From assembly GCA_951406725.2 (NCBI GenBank), contig OX597815.1, forward strand, positions 215,264,001 through 215,328,000: DNA of 64,000 nucleotides. The letters run 5' to 3'. The DNA comes from Octopus vulgaris (Eukaryota). Position 1 is the first letter of the stretch, and each line of letters starts with the position of its first letter. Below, piece after piece: positions 29,784 through 41,221 of this stretch. The position numbers were made by a program, and so were the translations under genes. The notes under the pieces are model-generated. The model was not told the DNA's origin, did no database searches, and saw nothing but the letters and a program-made list of their open reading frames with translations.

Positions 29784-31364
29784 GTAAGTTCTTTCAATGT
29801 TGTCGTTTATACATGAGGAATATACTATGTCTTTAAATTTAATATCCCCTTATTTCCATGTTTTCTCACTCTCTAATACAGTAAATCATATTCAGTTCTC
29901 ATATTCGTGTTATATTTATTTGATTGAGTCTGAACATGTCAATGACTGTCAATTTATAATTGTCTGCATAAAGATGTTATTCCTGAAAATATATGTGTAT
30001 GTATGTATGTATCTGCACTATTAATATAAGTTTTAGCTACTATTTTGTTACACATTATTCTCTTGATTCTGTGGTGCCGTGTGGTTATTTATCCACACTT
30101 CCTCCCAAATAAATTTCTTGTTATTGTTGTTGTTGTTGTTGTTTTTGTTCTTCTTCTTGTAATTCTCCTCCTCCACCTCCCTCTCCCCTCCTCCTCCTCC
30201 TTTTTCTTCTATTTCTTTTTCTTCTTCTTCATCGTTTTCTTCTTCCACTTCTTCCTCTTCATCTTCTTCTCCTTCTTTTTCTTCTTCTTTTTATTCTCCG
30301 TCTTCTGCTTCTTCTTATTCTTCTTATTCGTCATCTTCTACTTCTTTTTCTTCTTCTTTTTTTCTTTTTCGTCTCTGTACTTTTTGCTTCGTCACTGATC
30401 TCCCTCTTTTCTATTCTCTGCCAATTATTCCTCTTATTTTCATTCTCCTGCTTTTCCTGCTCCTTCTGCTGCTACCCACAGCTGCCCCCATTCTTCTTCC
30501 TTTTCTTCTTCTTCTTCTTCTTCTTCTTCTTCTTCTTCTTCTTCTTCTTCTTCTTCTTCTTCTTCTTCTTCTATCTTCTTCTTCTTCTTCTTCTTCTTCT
30601 TCTTCTTCTTCTTCTTCTATATCTTCTTGTTCTATATCTTCTTCTTCTTCTATATCTTCTTCTTCTTTATCTTCTTCTTCATTTTCTTCTTGTAACTCTC
30701 TTCCTTACTTTTTATTCTTGTAATCTCCTACTCCCCCTCCCCCTCCTTTTTTATTATTCTCCTCCTCATCCTTCTTCAACTTCTTTTTCTTCTTCTACTT
30801 CTTGTTCTTCTCCTTCACCTCCTCCTCCTCCTCCTCCTTCTTCCTCATCTTCTTTTTCCTCTTCTTTTTCTTCTTCTTCTTGTAATTCTCCTTCTCCCCC
30901 GCTCCCTCGTCATCCTCCTGTTTCTTTTATTTCTTTTTGTTCCTCTTGTTCTTCTTTCTCCTAACCCTCCTCCTCTTTCTTCTACTTCTACTTTTTCTTC
31001 CTCCTGTTTTTAATATTCTACCTCTTCTTGTACTCTACGCTCTGCTTCTCCTCCACCTCCTATTTTCCTCTCCTCCTGCAACTTCTTGTCCTCCCACGTA
31101 CTCAAACTTCTTCTTCTCCTCCTCTCCTCCTCCTCATCCAACGCCTTCTTCTATTTCTTCTCCCCCATCCTCTTCCTCCTTGTCTTCTTCTTTTCCCCTT
31201 CCCCCTCCTCCCCTTCTTCCTTGTCTTCTTCTCCTCAATCTCTTTCCTGTTCCTCTTCTTGTATTATTTTCCTGTAATTTTGTCCTTTTTCATAAAGAAC
31301 AATATTGAATATGTTATCGCAATTCACACTATGTCAATCTAACCAATACTGTTTCCTGCTTCAG

Positions 31365-31436
31365 AGATCTTTTCGGCAATAAAATTTCAAGGATTGAAAA
31401 AGAGATGTTTCAAGACCTTCACAACTTACAGTATCT
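31365..31436 (+). CDS. LRR cassette exon B5 (DLFGNKISRIEKEMFQDLHNLQYL)
   Basis: ctgcttcag|A...CT|gtaag, 72 nt, phase 2-2. Confidence 0.9.
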
Positions 31437-32577
31437 GTAAGTTCTTTCAATGTTGTCGTTTATACATGAGGAATATACTGTCTTTAAATTTAATATCCCC
31501 TTATTTCCATATTTTCTCACTCTCTATTACTGTAAATCATATTCAGTTCTCATATTCGTGTTATATTTATATGATTGAGTCTGAACATGTCAATGACTGT
31601 CAGTTGATAATTGTCTGCATAAAAATGTTATTCCTGAAAATATATATGTGTATGTTCATATGTATGTATGTATCTGCACTATTAATATAAGTTTTAGCTA
31701 CTATTTTGTTACACATTGTTCTCTTGATTCTGTGGTGCCGTGTGGTTATTTATCCACACTTCCACCGAAAAAAATTTTTTGTCATTGTTCTTTTTGTTGT
31801 TTTTTAGTTACTCTTCTTCTTCTTGTAAGGCTCCTCCTCCCCTCTCCCCCTCCTCCTCCTCCTCCTCCTCCTCCTCCTCCTCCTCCTCCTCCTCCTCCTC
31901 CTCCTCCTCCTCCTCCCCTCCCCTCCTCCTCCTCCTCCTCCTCCTTTTTCTTCTATTTCGTCTTTTTCTTTTTCTCCTTCCACTTCTTCTTCTTCATAAT
32001 TTTCTTCTTCTTCTTCTTCTTCTTCTTCTTCTTTTTCTTTTTTTTCTCTGTACCTTCTGCTTCGTCACTGGTCTCCCTCTTTTCCATACTCTGCCAATTC
32101 TTCCTCTTATTTACATTCTCCTGGTCTTTCTTTTCCTTCTACTGCTACTCCCAGCTGTCCCTCCTCAGTCATCCCTTCCTTTGTCCTACTCCTAACCTCC
32201 CCACCTCCCCTCCTCCTGCCTCCCCTACCCCCTCCCTAATTCTCCTTCTAATCCTCTTTTTCTTCTTCTTCTTCTACTTCTTCTTCTTCTTCTTCTTCTC
32301 CTTCTCCTTCTTCTTCTCCTTCTTCTTCTTCTACTCCTTTCTTCTTCTACTTCTTCTTCTTCTTCTTCTTCTCCTCTTCCTCTTCCTTCTTCTTCTTCTT
32401 CTTCTTCTTCGTCTTCTTCTTCTTCTCCTCTTCCTCTTCCTTTCTTCTTCTTCTTCTTCTTTTTCTTCTTCGTTATCTTTCTTCTTTTTCTTCCTTTCAT
32501 TCTGAAGTCACAGTGTTTCATGTTGCATCACAAATATTTTCCATATAATCTATTTTACTCTTTCTTTACTGCTCTAG

Positions 32578-32649
32578 AGATATTGCTTTCAACAAAATTG
32601 CAGCCCTCAAAGAAGGTGTATTCACTGTGCTTTCGAATTTAGAGACATT
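32578..32649 (+). CDS. LRR cassette exon A6 (DIAFNKIAALKEGVFTVLSNLETL)
   Basis: gctctag|A...TT|gtaagt, 72 nt, phase 2-2. Confidence 0.9.
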
Positions 32650-34171
32650 GTAAGTGCGTTCAGTTTCTGGATACTATTTTCCAAAAGTAATAATTGATGC
32701 TGATATATAATCTCACAAATGTATAAAGTTTCAGACCGCACCAAACAAAATGAATTCGAATTTGTAGAATGAACACGATTTAGGAAGATACAATGAGAAT
32801 AGGAGAGAGGGAGGCAATGTGAAAGAAAGAGAGAGAATTTGAGAGAGAAAGTGAAATAATAGGAAAAATATAATGTTCCTTTATTGTAGTTGCTTTGTTT
32901 CAATTCGCAATAACCCTTTTTTGTTCTCCAAATTTCAATGATTTTGATATGAATTTGTATTTGAAATGGTACCGTTTGTGAGTTTACATGTTTGCATCAA
33001 ATATTTTTAGCTGAAGTATGTGAATATGTCAATATCTAAGTGTAGTTCTGTGTGAGATGTGACTATAATATTCCATTATTTAATAATTTGTCTCCTCCTT
33101 CATTTCTTATTTCAATCTTCTCCTTCGTTTTTTGATTTTGTCATTCAACTTCGAATTCTTCTTCTTTCTACTTCTTCTTTTTCTTCTTCTTTTTCTTCTT
33201 CTTCTTCTTTTTCTTTTTCTTCTTCTTCTTCTTCTTCTTCTTCTTCTTCTTCTTCTTCTTCTTCTTTTTATTCTTCTACTTTTTACTTCTCCTTCTACTT
33301 TTTCTTCTACTTTTTACTTCTTTTTCTTTTCTTCTTCTTCTTTCCTTTCTTTTTCTTGTTCTCCTTCTGCTTCTGCTTCTTCTCTTTCTCTTCCTCCCTT
33401 TTCTTCTTCTTCTTCTTCTTCTTCTTCTTCTTTCCCCCTTTGCTTCCTCTTCCTCCCCTACTTGTTGTTGTTGTGCTTCCCTTCCTCCCCTTCTCCTTCA
33501 TATTCTTCCTCTCTACTCCTTCTCTTCTTTTCGTCCTCTTCTTCTTCTACTTCTTCTTCTTCTTCTTCTTCTTCTTTGTTTTCCTCTTCTTCGTATTGTT
33601 TCTCCAATTTTTACTTTTTTACTTTTCTTTTTTACTTTATCCGGTCCGTGTTGTTGTTGTTGCTGTTGTTGTTGTTCTTCGTTTTCTTCTTTTTCTTCTT
33701 CTTCTTCTTCTTCTTCTTCTTCTTCTTCTTTTTCTTCTTCTTTTTCTCCTTATTCGTCTATGTTAGCACTGAGGACATCCTCAATAAAATGAGTATTTGC
33801 GGCCACTCCAAGTTCGTCAGATTTTGTGTAGTGGACACTAACGTCATGATTCCCTTTACCCATCTATTAACATCGATTTTTCTGAGGTATAATGTAATGA
33901 GATTTTCTGTGAAAAGTGAAGTGTAGTTCTGTGAGGTCAACACGCGTGATCCGGGTCTCGTTCTTAGACTATATATTCTGCCCCGCCAGATCATAGACGC
34001 TTAGACTTCCCACCATCACTTCAGCAGTAAATAAATGCACCATTGAGCGCTGGTGTGGCTGGACCCTACCCACCCAATTCCCTGAGAACAACAATTAGGA
34101 GAAAGGAATGATTGCACAGGCAGTAAGAGCTAGCGTAAGAACCACCTTGAAGAACCACAGAGTAAAGTATA

Positions 34172-34592
34172 ACTAGTTTAGTTTAGTTTAATTTTTTGGC
34201 TCAAAAAGCAAAATCAAGGCCATGTAGGGGGGCAGGGAGTTATGTACAGGGAGGGGGGTCATACAAAGAGTTCAGGCTATTTCTGGTGAAGAGAGACTTT
34301 GAACCGAGTGGTCGTCGGCATCTTCACTATCTCGTCCGGCAGCTTATTCCACGGATCCGCAACCCGGATGGAGAAAGCCCCTCTCCTTCGATTGAGATGA
34401 AATCGTCGTAGATAGAGCTTTTCGGAGTGACCCTGCAGCCGACGCTCTGGAGCCTGAGTGAAGAACAGCTCCTTCGAGAGGTTACACTTTCCGCTTATGA
34501 TGTTGTGAGCAAAAATGAGATCACCACGGCGTCGTCGTTTTTCGAGAGAACAAAGGTCGAGCGTCTTCGGCCTTCCTTCATAAGACAAATGC
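34172..34592 (-). mobile_element. CR1-like LINE 3' end with (CTAAA)n tail
   Basis: SYExR...LEKRRRRGDLI...GHSEKL...FSIRVADPWNKLP; tagtttagtttagttt at about 34174-34190. Confidence 0.82.
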
Positions 34593-34599
34593 TTGAAAC

Positions 34600-34975
34600 T
34601 ATACCTGTAAGTTCAAGGTGTAGCCATTTGTGTCGGTGTATCTGGAGATATTGCCGGCCTGTTCATGACCTGGTGGATCAGAAAACCTAAGCAATCCTTG
34701 GCAAAACAGTCCACAACTCTTCTACTTTACTGTAGGTATATAGATGGCATTAATATCACAGTTAAGACCAGCTCTAGTAACGGTAATGTGGAAACTGAGA
34801 GGAACATAATGGAAGGCATCCAGCAAGTAGCCAACTCCATCCACCAAAGTATCAAGGTGACTATAGATTATCCCACCCGGCACCCCAACAATGGACTCCC
34901 CGTCCTTGTTACTGAACTTCACTTAGAGACTGTGAACAACAGAGTGCAGCTCTTCCACTCCTATTACATGATTTA
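34600..34975 (+). mobile_element. Decayed RT remnant, probably Penelope-like
   Basis: YCRYIDGI...ANSIHQSIKVTIDYP...GLPVL resembles the RYVDD...LPFLD region. Confidence 0.55.
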
Positions 34976-35594
34976 ATTAGTAATTCAGCTCTCAACCTAA
35001 TTAATTGCATCGTTTTGGCAATGACGATCGAGATGTAAGCTACATTTGGAGCTGAAATAATTGGAAATTGATTCTTTAAAATATTTATTTCAAAATTTTC
35101 GAGGTAAAAAATGGCAGCGTAAGGCAAAAAAGTGACTTTGAATCAAAATAGCTCAGTTATTTCCAAAGGTAATGTGTAGATTAATCAGATTTAAAAGAAT
35201 GTCTTCATGGGGAAGACTCTTTTAGTAAAAATCCCGTTATAAAAATCAACCAAGAAAAAAGCAGTGTGGCTTTTAGCGACGTAGAATTGGTAACAATTAA
35301 ATCCACGTCGAAGTGTTCTAATGCTTCTGATATTTGTTTGCCAATGATTTCCAATAAAGTTTGATGAGCTATCCTTGTTCATCATTGTCTTCTGAAGTGT
35401 TCAAATAGTAAAGTCAATTTATAGGTGCCCAGTATATATCTTCTACCAAAAGGTGACCATTGTTTTATGTACTTTGAATAGGATTCTGAAGTTATGCACT
35501 GGTCTGAAGATGGTCAATGTTATTGCAATAATTAATATTTTATTGTTTTGAAAACCTTTTTTATCATTACACTGCTATTGGAGTATATACTTTT

Positions 35595-35795
35595 ACTATT
35601 TCTTGTTTCAATTATCAGATTGCGGCCATGCTGGGGTACTACCTTCAAGCGTTTCCTCATCCTTAGTACTGAATGTTTTAAATCTGGCACTTAATCAGTC
35701 GGATACCTTTTGCGGATCCACTGAATTACGGGGAACGTAAACAAACCAATATTGGTTATCAAGCGTTGATGGGGATAAACACAAAGACAAGCACA

Positions 35796-35864
<69 letters not shown>

Positions 35865-36015
35865 GGAATCCACACAGTTTCCTCCAGCAAATTTACTCAC
35901 AACGCTTAGTTGACCTAAGGTTATAGTAAATGTTATTTGTCCAAGGTGCCACACAGTTGGACTAAAGAATCCATGGATGTGAGAAGTAATTTTCCTGCCA
36001 CAGAACCTTGCCTAT
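35595..36015 (-). mobile_element. Degenerate SINE family 1 copy
   Basis: gcggccatgctgg...gggaacgtaaaca...ccaaggtgccacacag is collinear with 5031-5425. Confidence 0.7.
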
Positions 36016-36364
36016 ATGGAGGATGATATTTCTACCATGGATGAGAATGTTAACTAAAACCCATATTGTGCACATAAGAAAGTCTCCTTGTTATTTTTTT
36101 TATTTTTGTATTTTATTCCCTTCCATCTTTTGCTGTTTTGTTATCAGGTTTTCTTTTAGGATAATTAAGTTAGATTGAAGGAACCTATTCTTGTTCAAAC
36201 AACACTTCCCAGAGAACTATAAAGAGAAATAAACAATTGTAGTGTGTAATATCAGCATTTACCCTTTTAGTGTTGACTACAACGCAATTTAATACTGAAC
36301 AAGGGTAAACAGATTTATTTACTTTTACTTATTTTAAAGTGTGTAATATTTGTCTCTTTTTCAG

Positions 36365-36436
36365 ATATTTGAACAACAACCCAATAGAAAAATATGAAGA
36401 TGACGCTTTCTTATTCCTCCCCAGTATAGTTAATAT
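36365..36436 (+). CDS. Unique terminal LRR exon (YLNNNPIEKYEDDAFLFLPSIVNI)
   Basis: tctctttttcag|A...AT|gtaag, 72 nt, phase 2-2; flanks unrelated to the A/B cassettes. Confidence 0.88.
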
Positions 36437-37208
36437 GTAAGCAAACAAGTTCTTTTTGTTTATAGGAAAATGAAAATAATACAATGAGGTCATAAAATTC
36501 TCAGTTCCTCGTTAAATGTTGTTGGTAATAAACAACAATGAGTTGATTTAAATTTCAGTGGATCAACATGATTTCCGAGCATTGTGTTTTATTATCGAAA
36601 AGTTTATGTTCAAATATCAGAAGGTTGATTTGATCTAGTTTACCCCATGTTTATAAATACACATAATAAACTGGAGTTGAGAAAGTGGCCTACATACCAA
36701 CCTACATGCACACATATATAAAGATTCCTGTGTGTGTATGCGTATGTGCATATATAAGCATACACACACACATATATATATTGTTATTACTTATTATATC
36801 CTTATGACAACGGAGTTATCAGAAGGAATAAGATCCACAAAAATTCCATTCAAATATTTCTGATGATTGCTGTATTTGCCTCTGTATTTCTACCACGAAA
36901 CCATTTGGTAATTTGGTAATCAAGAGGCCATAATATTATTTCTATGATAAGCACAAGGCCAGCAATTTTGTGGCTGGGGGCTTGTTGATTACGTCCACCC
37001 TAGTGCTCGGCTGGTACTTAATTCATCGACCCCATAAAGATGAAAGGCAAAATCGTCCTCGAAATTTTGAACTCAGAACATGAAAAGAGAACACCCTGTA
37101 ACTATTGGATCGATTAATACGCAGTATTACTATATCGCAAGATTTTGTGATTTGCCAATCTGATTCAATGTGTATGATATCTCCATTCTTCTGTGTTAAT
37201 ATATATAT

Positions 37209-37245
<37 letters not shown>

Positions 37246-38509
37246 TATATACACGTGTTTGTGGAAAGGTAAAGAAAGAGAGGGAAATTTAACACAATCC
37301 TATCCCTATTAAAGCTTAACCACACTGCTTGGAATGGAGAACATTTTAAAGGAGATAAATAGTAGTAAAACTAACAACGTTTGCGCAGTATTAGAGGTTG
37401 GGGGGTATACAAGCAGATCTATTTCAAAATTGTATTTATTAGAACATGATAGAATTGCATTACGATGTAGCAAAATTCCTAAAAGGTTCAGAATATTCAC
37501 TTCTGAAAATCATTTTTAATAAAGGAAGTGCCAAGGGAGAAAATATTTCCAATACCTACAATTTCAGATATATCTGCTATAATTTCCAGTTATATTTAGA
37601 ATGTTTATCTAGCTAAATCTCTCATGTCAAATATAACTGATATTTTACTCAGCAATATTTCGCAGCTTCGCAATACCTAGCAACTTTCGCCACAGCATTT
37701 ATATGACAATACCGTTTGCCAACAATAGCTCGTATGTCACTTATATCTTGTAGCTGGTAATCTCTATATTGCAGGTTAGCTACATTTAGTAGATTTATCC
37801 ATATCTTGTATGTCATCTCTTCAAACATATCATCAAAATCTATCATAGAATATCATCTATATCTAGTATATAATCTATATCTAGTATATCCTCTAAATCT
37901 AGTATGCCATTTATATATTGTATGTCATCTCTTTCTCCTCTGACAGCTGTATATAATCCGTTTGCCCAATACATTTTACTATATCATGTTTGTCGTATGA
38001 TTCAAAACTATATCTAGAATATCATTTAAAGATTCTCTAACCACATCCTACCTAATTTTATTTGGTATCTGTTATTTTTAATTATCATTTTCTCATTTCT
38101 CCTCTCTAATAAATCTACTGCAGTATGTAGTACAGAGTGGTGGGAATGGCTTACATTCATACCCCCATCTCTCTCTCTCTCTCTGTAACTCTAACTTTAC
38201 TTTCTACTACCATATTCATGCTTGAATGTGTATGAAGATGTCTATGATTGCATGTGAAGGGTCAAATGAGAAGGTTAAACCTTCTTTTATTCCTTTTCCC
38301 TCTAATTTCTACTCAGGCATAAGACAATTGAACCGAGAGGTGTTTGGCTTTAGCGATTACCTGAGGACCTCCTCATCAATGGATTATTTGGTTTTGGTCA
38401 ATACACAGCGAATGAGACAGACCAAAAGACATACAGAAATATTAAAATGTGTTGAAATGAAAATGAAACAGTTATCTTCTATCACATAACTTATAAAATC
38501 AACAAAAGA

Positions 38510-38543
<34 letters not shown>

Positions 38544-38692
38544 TTTTTTTTTTTCTTCTTTCAAATTTTCTTCCATTTCTTGCCGAGTGTCTTCCCGACT
38601 CCTAGGGCAAAGAAACTCATAGTGTATATTGGTAGGCCATTAAACCAAACTCAGTAGTTCGTTCATTTTTTTTTTTTTTTTTTTAAAGTTAA

Positions 38693-38765
<73 letters not shown>

Positions 38766-41085
38766 CAGTAGTTTTATTTTTATAGCGTGCTTTCACTTCA
38801 CTACCGAGCGCAGCTCTGTGTGCCTTGGGTATGTGCTGTGATTTGTTGTGATGCTCTGATGGTTATTGTATGGAAAGTGTTTTGCGTAGGATGTGTGCAG
38901 TGCCTAGTAGTGCAATTTTCTGTATGTTATATATGTTTGTAAGTCCTGGTGTTTTTGTTATGTATTTGTCTGAATATATTTTTATCATGCCTAATGCACC
39001 TACTATGATAGGAATTGTGTCTGTTTTCAGATTCCACATTCTAGTTACCTCTATTTCCAGGTCTTTGTATTTTGAGAGTTTCTCCATTTCTTTTAGAGAC
39101 ACGTTGTCATCAGCCGGTATTGATACATCAATTAGAAAGCATTTTTTTATTCATGATCTCTGACAACTATACCTGGTCTGTTGGCCTTAATTTCTCTATC
39201 TGTGTGTATCGGCATATCCCAGAGTATGGTTGCTTTCTCGTTTTCTGTGACCTTTTCTGGTGTGTGCCTATACCATCTTTTTTCTGTTGTTATTCCATAA
39301 TGTTGGCATAGCTTCCAATGTATGTAGGTTCCAACTCTGTCATGTCTGTGAATATATTCCTTCTTAGCCAGGACTGGGCAGCTAGAGATAATATGATTTA
39401 TTGTTTCTTGTCCATCTCCACATATTCTGCAGTTACTTGTAATATTTCTTTTCATTACATGTTTTTGGTAATTTCTGGTGGGGAGGCTTTGGTCTTGTGC
39501 TGCAATTAAAAATCCCTCTGTTTCTGCTTTGAGTCCTGAGCTTATCAACCATTGCTGGGATTTTTCTTTGTCTATTTCTTTTGCGTTTAGTTTAGTGCAG
39601 TATTTACCATGAAGGGGCTTTTCTTGCCATCGTTTTATCATGGTTCGTTGCTGTTCTATTTTTAGTTTGGATTTCATTTGTTTTATAGCTTTTGTTGTTT
39701 CTTCATCTTCTTCTTCTTCTTCTTCTTCATGTTTATTAGGTGGTATGATTTCTTGTTTGTATTTGTCAGCTTCCTTAAATACTGAGAACAGTTTTTTGTT
39801 TTGCTCGTGTTTTGCCGCTATCTGGATCAGTTTTCCTTCCTTCTGAAGTAGATATTTTTGCAGTCCTATGGTGGTTATTTTATAGTAGTTTTCCAGCTGT
39901 ATAAGGCCTCTACCACCTTCTATACGTTGTATATATAGTCTTTCTATGTCAGATTTTGGGTGATGCATCCTAGATCCTGTCATTATTTTTCTTGTTTGCC
40001 TATCTATTTTGGTCAGTTCATTTCGTGTCCAGTTAAGGATATTGTAGCTGTAACTTATAACTGGGACAGCTAAAGTGTTGATACCTATTATCTTGTTTTT
40101 AGCATTGAGCTCTGTGTTTAGTATTGATCTAACTCGTCTATAATATTCTTTTCTTATTTTCTCTTTCATTTGTGTATGTTGTGTCTTATCTAGTTCATGG
40201 ATTCCTAAGTATTTGTAAGTTTGGCTTTGGTCTAATTCTTTTATTTCATTGGTTTTATCTAGTGTGATGTTGTTACTCTTAACTAGTTTTCCTCTTTTCA
40301 TGGTTACTTTGGCGCATTTTTCTAATCCAAATTTCATATCTATTTCTTTGGTAAATCCATGAACTGTCTTTAATAGTGTTTCCAGCTGTTTGTCATTTGC
40401 AGCGTATAGTTTTAGGTCATCCATATATAAAAGGTGGCTGATCGTTTTGCCGTAACATTTATATCCGCATCCAGTTCTGTTTAGCATATCAGATAGAGGT
40501 GACAGTGCCAAGCAGAAAAGGAGTGGAGAGAGCGTGTCTCCCTGGAATATTCCTCTTCTGATGGGGATGTCTTTGGTTTTCATGAGTCCCTCTTTTGTTT
40601 GGAGGTGTAGGACTGTTTGCCATTTATTCATAGAGTGCTCTATGAATTTTATGATTGTTGGTGCTACTTTGTTAATGGCTAGTGTTTCGAGGATCCAGGT
40701 GTGGGGGATGCTATCAAACGCCTTTTTGTTGTCAATCCAGGCCATACTGAGGCCTTTCTTCTTTCTGTGGCTGTCTTCAGTTATGGCTTTATTAATCATT
40801 AGTTGATCTTTACAGCCATATGAGCCTTTGCGGCATCCTTTCTGCTCTTCTGGGAACAGTTTGTTTTCGTCCAGGTGCTTGCTCAGCCTTTGTGATATCA
40901 CTACAGTAAATGCCTTGAACATAGTAGGGAGGCAGGTTATTGGTCTGTAGTTTTCTGGTTTTTCTGTTTCATTTGATTTGGGAATTAAGATGGTTTTCCC
41001 CTTCGTGAGCCATTCAGGCATTGTCTCTGGCTCTGCTAGTACGTTGTTAAAGTTTTCAGCCAGCTTTTTGTGCATTCCTGTTAGA

Positions 41086-41089
<4 letters not shown>
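38766..41089 (-). mobile_element. 5'-truncated R4/Dong-type LINE, intronic and antisense to the host gene; 642-aa ORF 39147-41075
   Basis: QGDTLSP, YMDD, CRICGDGQETINHIISSC (CCHC), RHDRV. PD changed to PG, plus a stop and frameshift near 39147. Inserted in (ATT)n (about 38693-38763 and 41087-41152). Confidence 0.93.
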
Positions 41090-41153
<64 letters not shown>

Positions 41154-41221
41154 CTTCATAACACAGTGTAGGTAAAAACGCATCGGAGACTTTAGTCATC
41201 TGTCAAGTCACAGCAAGGACC

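Larger units (their letters stand above)
15085..33755 (+). repeat. Tandem segmental array of A and B exon modules separated by 12 degenerate (TTC)n/(TCC)n tracts
   Basis: Order A1 B1 A2 B2 B3 A3 A4 A5 B4 B5 A6. Each A is preceded by ...cctttcattctgaagtcacagtgttt..., and each B by ...cataaagaacaatattgaatatgttatcgcaattca... The identical spurious ORFs 15962-16183 and 19350-19571 show the duplication (offset 3388). Confidence 0.95.

Noticed and set aside
15476-32649. CRISPR-like or satellite interpretation of the regularly recurring modules
   Set aside because: Eukaryotic context, kb-scale spacing, and the repeats are spliceable LRR exons with intron flanks; no cas genes.
15085-33755. Claim of a proven RAG- or AID-like somatic rearrangement mechanism
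   Set aside because: No recombination-signal sequences or recombinase/deaminase gene visible. The cassettes have normal splice sites, so somatic assembly remains only a testable hypothesis.
15076-33926. Dozens of long ORFs (up to 713 aa) of poly-S/L/F or poly-R/K/E
   Set aside because: Stop-free translations of (TTC)n/(GAA)n tracts; they are intronic, and the real coding content is the 72-nt exons.
39147-41075. Active or domesticated reverse transcriptase gene
   Set aside because: 5'-truncated, endonuclease PD changed to PG, stop plus frameshift; an ordinary young dead copy.
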